NCBI GenBank assembly: GCA_031253495.1
Contig: JAIRWC010000031.1
Coordinates: 31,077 to 95,076 of the forward strand
DNA: 64,000 nt
DNA from: Oscillospiraceae bacterium
GTDB taxonomy: Bacteria > Bacillota > Clostridia > Oscillospirales > Ruminococcaceae
Direction of reading: 5' to 3'
Below, in pieces: positions 34,716-43,570 of this stretch; position 1 is the stretch's first letter, and every line of letters starts with the position of its first letter. The notes under the pieces are model-generated. The model had not been told where the DNA came from, made no database searches, and worked only from the letters and a program-made list of their open reading frames with translations. Both the position numbers and the translations under genes were made by a program.

Positions 34716-35425
34716 AAGCGTTAGATTTAAAAAACGGCGATTGCAAAGAACTGATAAAAAAGATACCCGACAAATCGGTTGATTTAATATTAACCGACCC
34801 TCCTTACAATATCGCTCGGTATTCCACCGGCAATATTAAGTTTGATTGGCGCTCCGACATAAACAACGATATTGCCGAATGGGACGAGGTGCCGCTCAAA
34901 CCCGCCGACTTTGTCGAAAGTTTTAAACGCGTATTAAAGCCGACGGGGAACGCTTTTGTTTTTACGAGTTACAATATGGTCGGCGAATGGCACAAGGCGT
35001 TTGACGACGAGTTTGATACGTTCCAATTTATGGCTTGGCACAAAACCAATCCGGTTCCCAATTTTATGAAAACGTCTTTTTTAAATTCGGTTGAATTGAT
35101 TGTGTGCTTTTGGAACAAAGGTCATACATGGAATTTTATCAACCAAGCAAAAATGCATAATTTTATTGAATCGTCCATCTGCGGCGGCGGAGAGCGATTA
35201 AAAGACCCGAAGCACCCCGCCCAAAAACCCGTAAAGGTTTTAGAACATATCGTTAAAATCGCGTCAAACGATGGCGATGTTGTTTTTGACCCCTTCATGG
35301 GGGTTGGCTCCACGGGCGTCGCGGCAAGGGGTTTAAATCGGCGGTTTGTCGGGTTTGAACTGGATTTTGAATATTTTCAAGCCGCCAAAAAAAGGTTAAG
35401 CGAGCAATTGATAAAAGTTGTTTGA
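34712..35425 (+). CDS. DNA methyltransferase, beta-class N6-adenine/N4-cytosine family (DPPY)
   Basis: Motif IV (LILTDPPYNI) is N-terminal, and motif I (VVFDPFMGVGSTG) together with HPAQKP is C-terminal. Confidence 0.85.
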   Translation: MKALDLKNGDCKELIKKIPDKSVDLILTDPPYNIARYSTGNIKFDWRSDINNDIAEWDEVPLKPADFVESFKRVLKPTGNAFVFTSYNMVGEWHKAFDDEFDTFQFMAWHKTNPVPNFMKTSFLNSVELIVCFWNKGHTWNFINQAKMHNFIESSICGGGERLKDPKHPAQKPVKVLEHIVKIASNDGDVVFDPFMGVGSTGVAARGLNRRFVGFELDFEYFQAAKKRLSEQLIKVV

Positions 35426-35438
35426 TAAGGAGTTTTCC

Positions 35439-37400
35439 ATGTCTACCCCCACTATTTTTTATGACTGCTTCGACGGCTTCCATAAAAAACCGTTCGGCGC
35501 GGTGAAGCGGTTTTCTCCTTGCGTGTTCGCCTTGAAATTCCCCCGCGTGCTGAACGTTACCGAACCGAATATAGTGGTGTTCCGCCCCGGGTATAAAGAA
35601 AAATACGTCGCGCTTGAAGTTTCCCCGGGCGAGAGCGACCCGCTGTACGTTACCTATTCCTGCGTTTATAAACCGCAGGATTTGGGGTTGCACCATTATT
35701 ATTTCGCGGTAACGCGAAACGGCAACCGCGCTTTTATAAAGCGCAAGGGCGCGAGCGCGGGCGCGTTCGACGGGACGGAGCTGTTCCAGCTGACCGTGTA
35801 CGACCCCGACTTTGAAACGCCCGACTGGCTCAAAGGCGGTATAATGTACCAGATTTTCCCCGACCGCTTCGCCAAATCCGAAAACAAGGAGGAAGTTCCG
35901 ACGCTGCCCATCGACCGCGTCCTCCACTCCGACTGGAACGAAATTCCCGAATGGCGCCCCGACGGCCAAGGGCGGATTACCAACAACGATTATTTCGGCG
36001 GGAACCTGAAAGGCATCGAGGAAAAGCTGCCCTACCTCGCTTCGTTGGGGGTAACGGCGATTTATTTAAACCCCGTTTTTGAAGCGCACGAGAATCACCG
36101 CTACAACACCGCGAATTATGAGAGGATTGACAAGATATTAGGCACGAACGAGGATTTTTCGCACCTGTGCGCCAAGGCGAAAAGGCGCGGCATAAGGATA
36201 ATCCTTGACGGCGTTTTCAGCCATACCGGCGCGGACAGCGTCTATTTCAACAAATTCGGCAGATACGGCGAGAACTCGGGCGCGTTCCGCGACCCGAACA
36301 GCCCGTACAGGAGCTGGTATTCGTTCACCAAATACCCCAACGAATACGAATCGTGGTGGGGGATGACCACCCTGCCCAACGTGAACGAGAACAACCCGTC
36401 TTATACCGAATACATCTGCGGCGAAGGCGGGATTCTCCAGAAATGGCTCGATTTGGGCGCGTCGGGCTGGCGGCTTGACGTCGCCGACGAACTGCCCGAC
36501 GAGTTTATCGACAACTTGAACAAGGCCGTCAAGGCGAAAGGCAAAGACAAGGTAATCTACGGCGAAGTCTGGGAGGACGCCACCACCAAGGAAAGCTACG
36601 GCGTCCGCAGGCGTTACCTGCTTGGCGGGCAGCTTGACAGCGTGATGAACTATCCGTTTAAAGAGGCTATTCTCAATTATATAAAGTCCGGGGACGGCGA
36701 AAGTTTCAAAGACGGCGTAACGACCATACTGGAGCATTATCCCAAGCCGTCCGTAGACATACTTATGAACTTCGTTTCGACGCACGACGTCGAGCGCGCC
36801 ATAACGCGTTTGGCGGGCGCGGACGCGGGCAACCGCGACAGGAAATGGCAGGCGGAGAACGCCCTTTCGGACAACGAGTACGTCTACGGGATAGCGTTGC
36901 TTAAATGCGCGATGACGCTGCAGTTTTTCCTGCCGGGCGTGCCTTGCGTCTATTACGGGGACGAGGCGGGGCAAGAGGGGTATAAGGACCCGTTCAACCG
37001 CCGCACCTATCCGTGGGGGCGGGAAAACCTCGATTTAATCAACTTTACGGCGGAACTGGCGCGCATACGCCGCGCCTGCCGCGCCTTCGAGAAGGGGGAG
37101 TTGCGCATAATCGAGGCGAAAGAGGATTGTTGCGTGTTCGGGCGGATTGATTATGAGCTGGGTGAAGCGATTATGATATACTTGAACAAGTCCAAGTATT
37201 CACGCAGTTTTAAAATCGAGCCGGCGCCGGGCAAGCTGATTAAATTCCAGCTCATGCGCTCCCCCAACCGCCAGAGGGAGGCGGGGTACCTGCAGGTGTC
37301 GCCTTACGATTTCGCGGCGATGATGTTTATGATAGAGCCGGGCGGCGCGCCCACGCCGATAAACTACAGCGATTTGGAAGAGGAGTTCAGGGAGTTTTAA
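35439..37400 (+). CDS. GH13 alpha-amylase family enzyme (neopullulanase / cyclomaltodextrinase-like)
   Basis: The conserved regions are ILDGVFSHTG, GWRLDVADELPDEF, YGEVWED and FVSTHDVER. The ATG at 35439 follows AAGGAG. Confidence 0.88.
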   Translation: MSTPTIFYDCFDGFHKKPFGAVKRFSPCVFALKFPRVLNVTEPNIVVFRPGYKEKYVALEVSPGESDPLYVTYSCVYKPQDLGLHHYYFAVTRNGNRAFIKRKGASAGAFDGTELFQLTVYDPDFETPDWLKGGIMYQIFPDRFAKSENKEEVPTLPIDRVLHSDWNEIPEWRPDGQGRITNNDYFGGNLKGIEEKLPYLASLGVTAIYLNPVFEAHENHRYNTANYERIDKILGTNEDFSHLCAKAKRRGIRIILDGVFSHTGADSVYFNKFGRYGENSGAFRDPNSPYRSWYSFTKYPNEYESWWGMTTLPNVNENNPSYTEYICGEGGILQKWLDLGASGWRLDVADELPDEFIDNLNKAVKAKGKDKVIYGEVWEDATTKESYGVRRRYLLGGQLDSVMNYPFKEAILNYIKSGDGESFKDGVTTILEHYPKPSVDILMNFVSTHDVERAITRLAGADAGNRDRKWQAENALSDNEYVYGIALLKCAMTLQFFLPGVPCVYYGDEAGQEGYKDPFNRRTYPWGRENLDLINFTAELARIRRACRAFEKGELRIIEAKEDCCVFGRIDYELGEAIMIYLNKSKYSRSFKIEPAPGKLIKFQLMRSPNRQREAGYLQVSPYDFAAMMFMIEPGGAPTPINYSDLEEEFREF

Positions 37401-37414
37401 CCCGGCGACCGCAA

Positions 37415-37487
37415 GCGGATTTAGCTCATCCGGTAGAGCATCAGCTTCCCAAGCTGAGGGTGGAGGGTTCGAGTCCCTTAATCCGCT
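37415..37487 (+). tRNA. tRNA-Gly (anticodon CCC)
   Basis: I folded it by hand: acceptor GCGGATT/AATCCGC, D-arm GCTC-ATCCGGTA-GAGC, anticodon stem TCAGC/GCTGA with loop TTCCCAA, and T-arm GAGGG-TTCGAGT-CCCTT. Confidence 0.88.
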
Positions 37488-37513
37488 GACGCCCCCGTTA
37501 AAATTTAAACGGG

Positions 37514-37574
37514 CAAAACGCCCCCGCCGAAAGCAAAACGCCCCCGCCGAAAGCAAAACGGCCCCCGCCGAAAG
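37514..37574. repeat. 3 x 20/21-nt tandem repeat (caaaacgcccccgccgaaag)
   Basis: I read it directly. The third unit forms the left arm of the terminator hairpin. Confidence 0.85.
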
Positions 37575-37590
37575 CGGGGGCCGTTTTGCG
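37556..37590. terminator. bidirectional intrinsic terminator
   Basis: The sequence is AAAAC-ggcccccgc-cgaaa-gcgggggcc-GTTTT. It lies between tRNA-Gly (+) and the convergent surface-protein gene (-). Confidence 0.8.
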
Positions 37591-37605
37591 TTTGTTTATG
37601 CCCAA

Positions 37606-39366
37606 TCAATAATAAGACGGGTATTTGCTTGAAAGGAAGTCAATGCGGTCGTACTCGAACGTTACCTTATCCGCTTTGAGGAACCTGCTGTGATAGATTT
37701 CGCCGTAGGTTTCCGTATCGCCTTTCTTTTGCAAGTCGTCAAGATAGGCGGCGGTCGGGTATTCCGAAATCACGTACTGCCCGTCGAAATACTGTATCTT
37801 GATATCGACGTAGTTATAATCCGAGCCGGACGCGTCCGCCAGCTTAAACTTGAAATTGAAGTTGTTTTCATAATACCAACCCGTGCCGGCGTTCCTGACG
37901 TTTTTCTTATAAGTGGGCTTCGCGCTGACGTTAACCTCGTTGCCGGAGGCGAGGGTGATTTTGCTCCCGTTTTTCGGAACCTTGACCCCGCCGATTTCAT
38001 ACGTGCCTTTCACGCTCGAGTAATCCTGATAATCGAACCGGAACTCGTCCCCGACCGTAAAGTCCACCCTCTTGGTCTCGCTGCCGGAATAAGTGAGGTA
38101 GATATACATTTGCGCCTTTAACGTCTGACCGGGCAGCAGCAAAGTGTTGTTCCCGTAATAAGCATAGTTATACTCGTACAGCAGCTTGTCTTTCCCGTCG
38201 TAATACTTGGCGCCGATTCTCGGAGTTTCAAGCGCCCTGTCGGAAGTGTTCTTGACATAAACGGTGGCATAATAATCGCCCTTTTTGTACTCGACCTTTG
38301 AAATCTGGATTTTCGCTTTCCCGTCTTCGTTCTTGCTGGTAACGGTTTGGCTCGTCTTGGGGAATTTTATCCCGCCTTGCGCCGCCGTGCCCTTCAGCGT
38401 CTTCGCGCTGTTCGTGTCCGAGTAATCGCTCGCCGGCTTTAAGTCGGCCTTATCGAACTTAAACGTCTTGGCTCCGGCGGGGACGTAGAAATACGCACTC
38501 CCGGTCTTGCTTTTCTCGATTTTATAGCTCGGCGTCAGATAGTTCCAATAGTCCCGGTTTTCGGGCGGCTTTACCGCCTTGCCTTTCTCGTCGGAGAACT
38601 TGACGCTCACCTTGGTGTTATAGTCGATTGCCTCCGTATGGTTGTTCTTGATTTCGGCGTTGCCGTAAATATATTCGTCGCTTTCATACTTGTTCAGGCT
38701 GATTTTCGAGATTTTCACCTTACCCGCGGTTTGTTCCTTCTTCGGCACCTGCACGCCGAACTGCGTCGTATAGTCGGTTTTGTTCGCCTTTACGGTAATC
38801 TTCACGTTCTGCTTCACCCCGCTCGAGGCTGCGACGGTAACGTTCGCGGTGCCGGTCTTCAGCGCCTCGACGTTGACGTACCCGGCGGTGTAATCGGAGA
38901 TGCTGATTATGTCGGGGTCGCCGTTAAAGACGTTGACCATGTCGGTGTTCTTTTCCGGCGTCAGGGCGTACTTAAACTGGACTTTGTCGCCCACCGTGAT
39001 GCTGTAGCTCGTTTTCGCCGTCGTTACCTTGGTCGCCGGGACCTTGCTGTCGATGACGAAGGCCTGGATATTCCTTTCCGATTTGCTTGTGCTGGTCGCG
39101 CTGTAAAAATAACTCGCCTTGATATAAACGTTGTCCGACTTTTTCCCTTTCACCACGCCTTTTGAAACCGTGGCGACGCTCTTTTTCCCGCTGGAGAAGC
39201 TGACGCTCCCCGTAAAGGGGACGGCCACCTGTTTGCCGACGTTGACGTACACGCGCCAAGCGTCCACGTTGCCGACCGCCGCCGCGCTTACCGCTTGCGC
39301 GGGGATGAGCGACATCGCCATCGCCCCCGCCAAAACCGCGCCCAAAAGCCTTTTCTTCATTCTCAT
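37606..39366 (-). CDS. secreted/cell-surface protein with Ig-like (Big_2-type) repeats
   Basis: The signal peptide is MRMKKRLLGAVLAGAMAMSLIPAQAVSA. Segments such as SSGKKSVATVSKGVVKGKK and ALKTGTANVTVAASSG resemble Big_2. GC is lower than the surroundings. Confidence 0.6.
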   Translation of the reverse strand: MRMKKRLLGAVLAGAMAMSLIPAQAVSAAAVGNVDAWRVYVNVGKQVAVPFTGSVSFSSGKKSVATVSKGVVKGKKSDNVYIKASYFYSATSTSKSERNIQAFVIDSKVPATKVTTAKTSYSITVGDKVQFKYALTPEKNTDMVNVFNGDPDIISISDYTAGYVNVEALKTGTANVTVAASSGVKQNVKITVKANKTDYTTQFGVQVPKKEQTAGKVKISKISLNKYESDEYIYGNAEIKNNHTEAIDYNTKVSVKFSDEKGKAVKPPENRDYWNYLTPSYKIEKSKTGSAYFYVPAGAKTFKFDKADLKPASDYSDTNSAKTLKGTAAQGGIKFPKTSQTVTSKNEDGKAKIQISKVEYKKGDYYATVYVKNTSDRALETPRIGAKYYDGKDKLLYEYNYAYYGNNTLLLPGQTLKAQMYIYLTYSGSETKRVDFTVGDEFRFDYQDYSSVKGTYEIGGVKVPKNGSKITLASGNEVNVSAKPTYKKNVRNAGTGWYYENNFNFKFKLADASGSDYNYVDIKIQYFDGQYVISEYPTAAYLDDLQKKGDTETYGEIYHSRFLKADKVTFEYDRIDFLSSKYPSYY

Positions 39367-39510
39367 ACCGCCGTGTCCTCCTTAGTAAATTATTTTAACC
39401 TAATTTTAACATATTTCGCGGCGAATTGCTATTGATAGAATAGATAAAACTTAGATACGCTTTTTTTTTTTTTTATGTGAAAATTGCACAAAGCGGGCGT
39501 TATAACCGCG

Positions 39511-41415
39511 TTATTCCTCCGCGGTTGAAACGATTTCCTTAGACAAATCGAGTATCTCGCCCGCTTTGCCGGCGTTCGAGCTGACCCCGCCGGAAATGTC
39601 GCGCATGGCGCCGTTAAGGCTTTCGACCAATTTGGAGAACGTTTCGCTTATCTCCGACATTTTCACCAAGAGCGGCTGAACCGACTCGTTGATTTCCGTT
39701 GACGCCGTAGCCGAAACCTTTACCTTTTGGGCCAACGTGCGAACCTCCCCCGCCACCACGGCGAAGCCTTTGCCGTGTTCTCCGGCGCGCGCCGCCTCGA
39801 CGCTGGCGTTAAGGCTTAACAGGTTGGTCTGCTCCGAAACGTTGACGATATCGTTGGTCAGCGAGAGATACTGCTTCATCGCGCCGCTTATATCGCCGAT
39901 TATACCGTTCAGCGCCTCCGTGTCGGTTGAAATCCTGTCCATTTCGCCCAGCACGCCCGTTACCGTTTCCTGCTGTTTCCTGTTGCTTTCGTTAAGGTTT
40001 TCTATCAGCCCCGCCATCTTCTGCACGCCGTCGTTAAGGGCTCTGCGGCTGCGTTCGCGGCGCGCGTTGAACTCCTCAAGCTTCACGTTGTCGTCGTCCA
40101 CCATCTTTTTGGTGAAGTGGACGCAGTTTTGCTCTATGTTGATGCCCCTCGCCACCATTTCCGCCATGTCGCGGCATTCTTCGTACCCGCAGGAGTGGCA
40201 GTTGATTTCGCGCTCTTCGGGGGTGAATTTCAGCAGGCGCTTAAACGCCTCTTCAATTTTATTTTTGGGCAGGGGATGCAAATCGAGGTTATAGTCGCTG
40301 TTGTAAGAGCACATAAAGTCCTCCAACTTCAGCTTTTTGTCAAATTCCGTGAAATTCTTGTACTTCTTCGATTTGACGTTCTTGCTCCTCGCCGCTTTGT
40401 CGCGGATTTTATGCACCTCACATTCCACGTCGTCCGCCTTTATCGACTTGTCCGTCCCCGTGCCGTCGTTGCAGCCGCGCGCGCAGTTAAGGACGTCCAC
40501 CAGCAAAGGCAGCGGCTTTCCGCTTTTTACCCGCTCGTCGTACTGCTTGAAATATTTCAGCAGGGTTTCGCTCCCTTCGACCTGCCTTACCCATACCGAT
40601 TTGTTGGTGTGAATTTCGACGTTTTCGCGCAGGCCGCCCGGCGACGGGTAAAAGCTGCCCAATTCCCCCGGCGGGCTGTCCGGTTCCGCCGGCGCGGCGG
40701 TCTGATAGCTTATCTTGTTCTCTTTCATGTACCGCGCAAGCTCCCGGTAAGTTACGTTGTACTCTATCTCGCCGTACCGCACAAATTCCGATTTCTTGCC
40801 GAAGCAAGGCGAAAGGAAAACGAGCTTGTCGGTGATGTTCATGTACCTTCGCATGTACATGGCGGTACACATCGCCGGGCTGTGGATGGGTATAAGTTTG
40901 GGCAGCAGGTCGGGCACATACCGTTCGATAAGGTTGACCGCGACGGGGCAAGGCTGCGAAATCCAGCCCGACGCCCCCGACCGCGTTATAAAGTTGAGGT
41001 ACGCCCACGTCGTTATTTCCGCGCCGAACGACGTGTCGTATATTTTCCCGATATTATACCCCTTGAAATAACCCAAAAGGTTCTTATAATCGGGGTAGTT
41101 GGTCTTGAGCGCCGGCGCGAAGATTATCGACATTTTTTTCCCGCCTTGCAAATCCCGGATAAACGCCTCGGTATCGTCCCGATACAGCCGCGCCTTCTTT
41201 TTGCAGTTGCGGATGCACTGCCCGCAGTCTATGCAGTATTCCGGCCGCACGTTTATAACGAGTTTCCCGCTTTCGTCCCTGTCCTCGCGGTTCGTCAGGT
41301 TAATCGGGCAAACGCCGATACATCTGTTGCACCCGACGCATTTTTCATAATCGAGGTATACAAGCTCGCAAACTTTCGCGTTCGATTCCCCGCGCTTTGA
41401 TTTTTCCTTAACCAT
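39511..41415 (-). CDS. fusion protein: 2x[4Fe-4S] ferredoxin, [FeFe]-hydrogenase-like large-subunit domain, and methyl-accepting chemotaxis (MCP) signalling domain
   Basis: The ferredoxin motifs are [12 protein letters not shown] and [11 protein letters not shown]. The H-domain-like Cys positions are SQPCP, SPCFGKK and NCARGCNDG. The MCP hairpin is [34 protein letters not shown]. Confidence 0.8.
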   Translation of the reverse strand: MVKEKSKRGESNAKVCELVYLDYEKCVGCNRCIGVCPINLTNREDRDESGKLVINVRPEYCIDCGQCIRNCKKKARLYRDDTEAFIRDLQGGKKMSIIFAPALKTNYPDYKNLLGYFKGYNIGKIYDTSFGAEITTWAYLNFITRSGASGWISQPCPVAVNLIERYVPDLLPKLIPIHSPAMCTAMYMRRYMNITDKLVFLSPCFGKKSEFVRYGEIEYNVTYRELARYMKENKISYQTAAPAEPDSPPGELGSFYPSPGGLRENVEIHTNKSVWVRQVEGSETLLKYFKQYDERVKSGKPLPLLVDVLNCARGCNDGTGTDKSIKADDVECEVHKIRDKAARSKNVKSKKYKNFTEFDKKLKLEDFMCSYNSDYNLDLHPLPKNKIEEAFKRLLKFTPEEREINCHSCGYEECRDMAEMVARGINIEQNCVHFTKKMVDDDNVKLEEFNARRERSRRALNDGVQKMAGLIENLNESNRKQQETVTGVLGEMDRISTDTEALNGIIGDISGAMKQYLSLTNDIVNVSEQTNLLSLNASVEAARAGEHGKGFAVVAGEVRTLAQKVKVSATASTEINESVQPLLVKMSEISETFSKLVESLNGAMRDISGGVSSNAGKAGEILDLSKEIVSTAEE

Positions 41416-41445
41416 AAACCCGCCTTCTCACATAAGTTTAATACT

Positions 41446-41474
41446 ATAATAACACACCGGAAAGAAAAACGCAA
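41446..41474 (-). promoter_or_regulatory. sigma-A promoter with an extended -10 for the hydrogenase-MCP gene
   Basis: On the minus strand TTGCGT lies at 41469-41474, followed by a 17-nt spacer that ends in TGt, then TATTAT at 41446-41451. Confidence 0.55.
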
Positions 41475-41534
41475 TAAAAAAATATATACAAATATCACGC
41501 GCCGTATATGTATATTATGCGCCACAATTTAAAT

Positions 41535-42386
41535 TTATTCCGCGGTTTCCGGCAAATCTTCCAAATCGGGGATATCCTCCCCCGCGTCCACGCTCCCGAA
41601 ATAATACGTGAGCCTTATTATATCGTCTTTTGAAATATCCATGTTGAACCGCCCGTTCAGCTTGACGCGGATTTTTGTGAAGCTGTCTTCGGCGGTGAAA
41701 ACGACGTCGTCATAGGCGAGCCCCTGCCCCTTCATAACGTCGAGGACGGCGCGGCAGTCCTCCGCGAACCGCGAAACGCTTTCCTGCGGGATAAACACGA
41801 CCGTCGCGCTTACGCCGTCCGCCGCCCCCATGCTGCTTACCCCGCGATAATCGCTCAAGTTTTCCCCGTTTAACTCCACGGTTACGCTGATATCCCTTAA
41901 TTTTAAATTGCCGGGCAGTTTTTTGGCTATGTCGTCTTTTATCAGGTTTTCCAGCCTTTTGTTGACGCTGCCGCTTTCGACGAAAAGTTCCCCCTGCGCT
42001 ATGGTCAGTTCCGTTTTGGCAAGCGAAACCGCCAGCGCGACCGCGGCGATTATAACCGCCAAAACGGCGCCGCCGCCGTTTATGAAAACGCGGGACGCCG
42101 CGTTAAGTTTGATTTCGCGGCGTTTCGGCTTTGCTTTAATCGATTCGGCGAAGTCGGGTTCGGCGAAGTCGGGTTCGCCGAAGTCGGATTCGCCGAGGTC
42201 GGGTTCGCCGAAGTCGGATTCGCCGAAGTCGGATTCGCCGTTGGTTAAGGCGTCGGCCGCCTCCTTGATTTCGCGGTTGATTTGCTCCATCGCGGCAAAT
42301 TCGGTCTCTATGTCCGCCGTTTCCCCCGAATCTTCCGCGTCGGGCGATTCGTCCGGCTCGAAAAAGTTTTCGTTTAATTCCGGCAT
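41535..42386 (-). CDS. hypothetical single-pass membrane protein with an acidic N-terminal repeat region
   Basis: The repeats are (E/G)(S/P)DFG(E). The TM helix is GGGAVLAVIIAAVALAVSLA. The start overlaps the apgM end by 13 nt. Confidence 0.55.
   Translation of the reverse strand: MPELNENFFEPDESPDAEDSGETADIETEFAAMEQINREIKEAADALTNGESDFGESDFGEPDLGESDFGEPDFAEPDFAESIKAKPKRREIKLNAASRVFINGGGAVLAVIIAAVALAVSLAKTELTIAQGELFVESGSVNKRLENLIKDDIAKKLPGNLKLRDISVTVELNGENLSDYRGVSSMGAADGVSATVVFIPQESVSRFAEDCRAVLDVMKGQGLAYDDVVFTAEDSFTKIRVKLNGRFNMDISKDDIIRLTYYFGSVDAGEDIPDLEDLPETAE
42144..42240. repeat. ~6.5 x 15-nt tandem repeat encoding the ESDFG/EPDFG pentapeptides
   Basis: I read it directly (ttcggcgaagtcggg and variants). 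Confidence 0.85.
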
Positions 42387-43570
42387 ATAAACCTTCCCAT
42401 TAACTCGTGGCCGTTTTCTATGTAAACCCCCGTTTTCGCCGCGCCGTCCTCGCCGAAGACCTTCGCGCCGCCCGCGGCGTTTTCGCTGTCGTAAATCATA
42501 AACGGCACGGGGGCGCGGGTGTGCGTTTTCAGTGAAAGCGGCGTGGGGTGGTCGGGGGTTACCAATATTTTCAGCCGCTCCGCGCTTAAGCCGCCGCCGT
42601 CCCCGAACGCCCTTAATATCGGGGCTAAGACCAGTTCGTCAATCAATTCTATCGACCGCGTCTTGTTCGACGTTTCGCCCCTGTGCCCGCACTCGTCGGG
42701 GGCTTCCATATGTATATACGCCAAGTCCGCGCCGTTTTTCAAGGCGTCGACCGCCGCCTTCGCTTTCCCGGCGAAGTTCGTGTCTATATACCCCGTCGCG
42801 CCCTCAATCGGGATAACCTCCATCCCCGCCGTTACGGCTATGCCTTTAAGCAGGTCCACCGCGCTGACCATAACGGCGTTCAGCCCGTATTTCCCCTTGA
42901 ACGACGGGAGCTTTGCGCGCCTGCCTTCCCCCCAAAGCCAAATGCTGTTAGCCGAACGCCCCTTTCCCTTTAAAAGTTCGTAAGACCTTTCCATAAGCGA
43001 AACAAGCTCCCGCCCGTTGCCGTTTACGTTAAGCCGGTCGGCGATTTTTTGCCCGGTAACGTCGTGCGGCGGCGTCAAAACCCCTATGTCGAGGGTTCCC
43101 TTGTCCCATATAAGGCAGTGCCGGTAGCTCACCCCCGGATAAAACCTGAACCTCTCGCTTCCGAGCTTTTCGTCTATGAACCTGATGATTTCCCTCGCTT
43201 CGTCGGTTTTTATGTCGTTCGCGCAGTAACTCGACATTTCGCAGTCCCGAAAATCCCCCCCGCCGGAAAGCGCGACGAGGTTGCAGCGGAGCGCGACGTC
43301 CGTCGGCTTCATATCGACGCCGATGCTCGCCGCTTCCAGCGGGGAGCGGCCCGTGTAATATTCGGCGGGGTTGTAGCCGAGAACCGATAAATTAGCCACG
43401 TCGCTCCCCGGGGGAAGGCCGTCGGGGACGGTCTTGGCCAATCCGATTTCCGAAACGGCGGACAGTTTGTCCATGTTGGGTTTTTTCGCGGCGGTCATGG
43501 GCGTCTTCCCGCCCAGTTCGGGGCAGGGCAGGTCGGACATTCCGTCGCATAGAAGGACGACGTATTTCAT
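42374..43570 (-). CDS. apgM: cofactor-independent phosphoglycerate mutase, archaeal ApgM type (this family is also proposed to act as a homoserine kinase)
   Basis: The translation MKYVVLLCDGMSDLPCPELGGKTPM...HMEAPDECGHRG...TPDHPTP fits the family. The ATG at 43570 overlaps the upstream stop (ATGA). Confidence 0.85.
   Translation of the reverse strand: MKYVVLLCDGMSDLPCPELGGKTPMTAAKKPNMDKLSAVSEIGLAKTVPDGLPPGSDVANLSVLGYNPAEYYTGRSPLEAASIGVDMKPTDVALRCNLVALSGGGDFRDCEMSSYCANDIKTDEAREIIRFIDEKLGSERFRFYPGVSYRHCLIWDKGTLDIGVLTPPHDVTGQKIADRLNVNGNGRELVSLMERSYELLKGKGRSANSIWLWGEGRRAKLPSFKGKYGLNAVMVSAVDLLKGIAVTAGMEVIPIEGATGYIDTNFAGKAKAAVDALKNGADLAYIHMEAPDECGHRGETSNKTRSIELIDELVLAPILRAFGDGGGLSAERLKILVTPDHPTPLSLKTHTRAPVPFMIYDSENAAGGAKVFGEDGAAKTGVYIENGHELMGRFICRN

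Noticed and set aside
37200-37556. A 118-aa minus-strand ORF spanning the GH13 3' end and tRNA-Gly
   Set aside because: It overlaps a well-folded tRNA and the end of a strongly supported CDS. It has no RBS and no motif.
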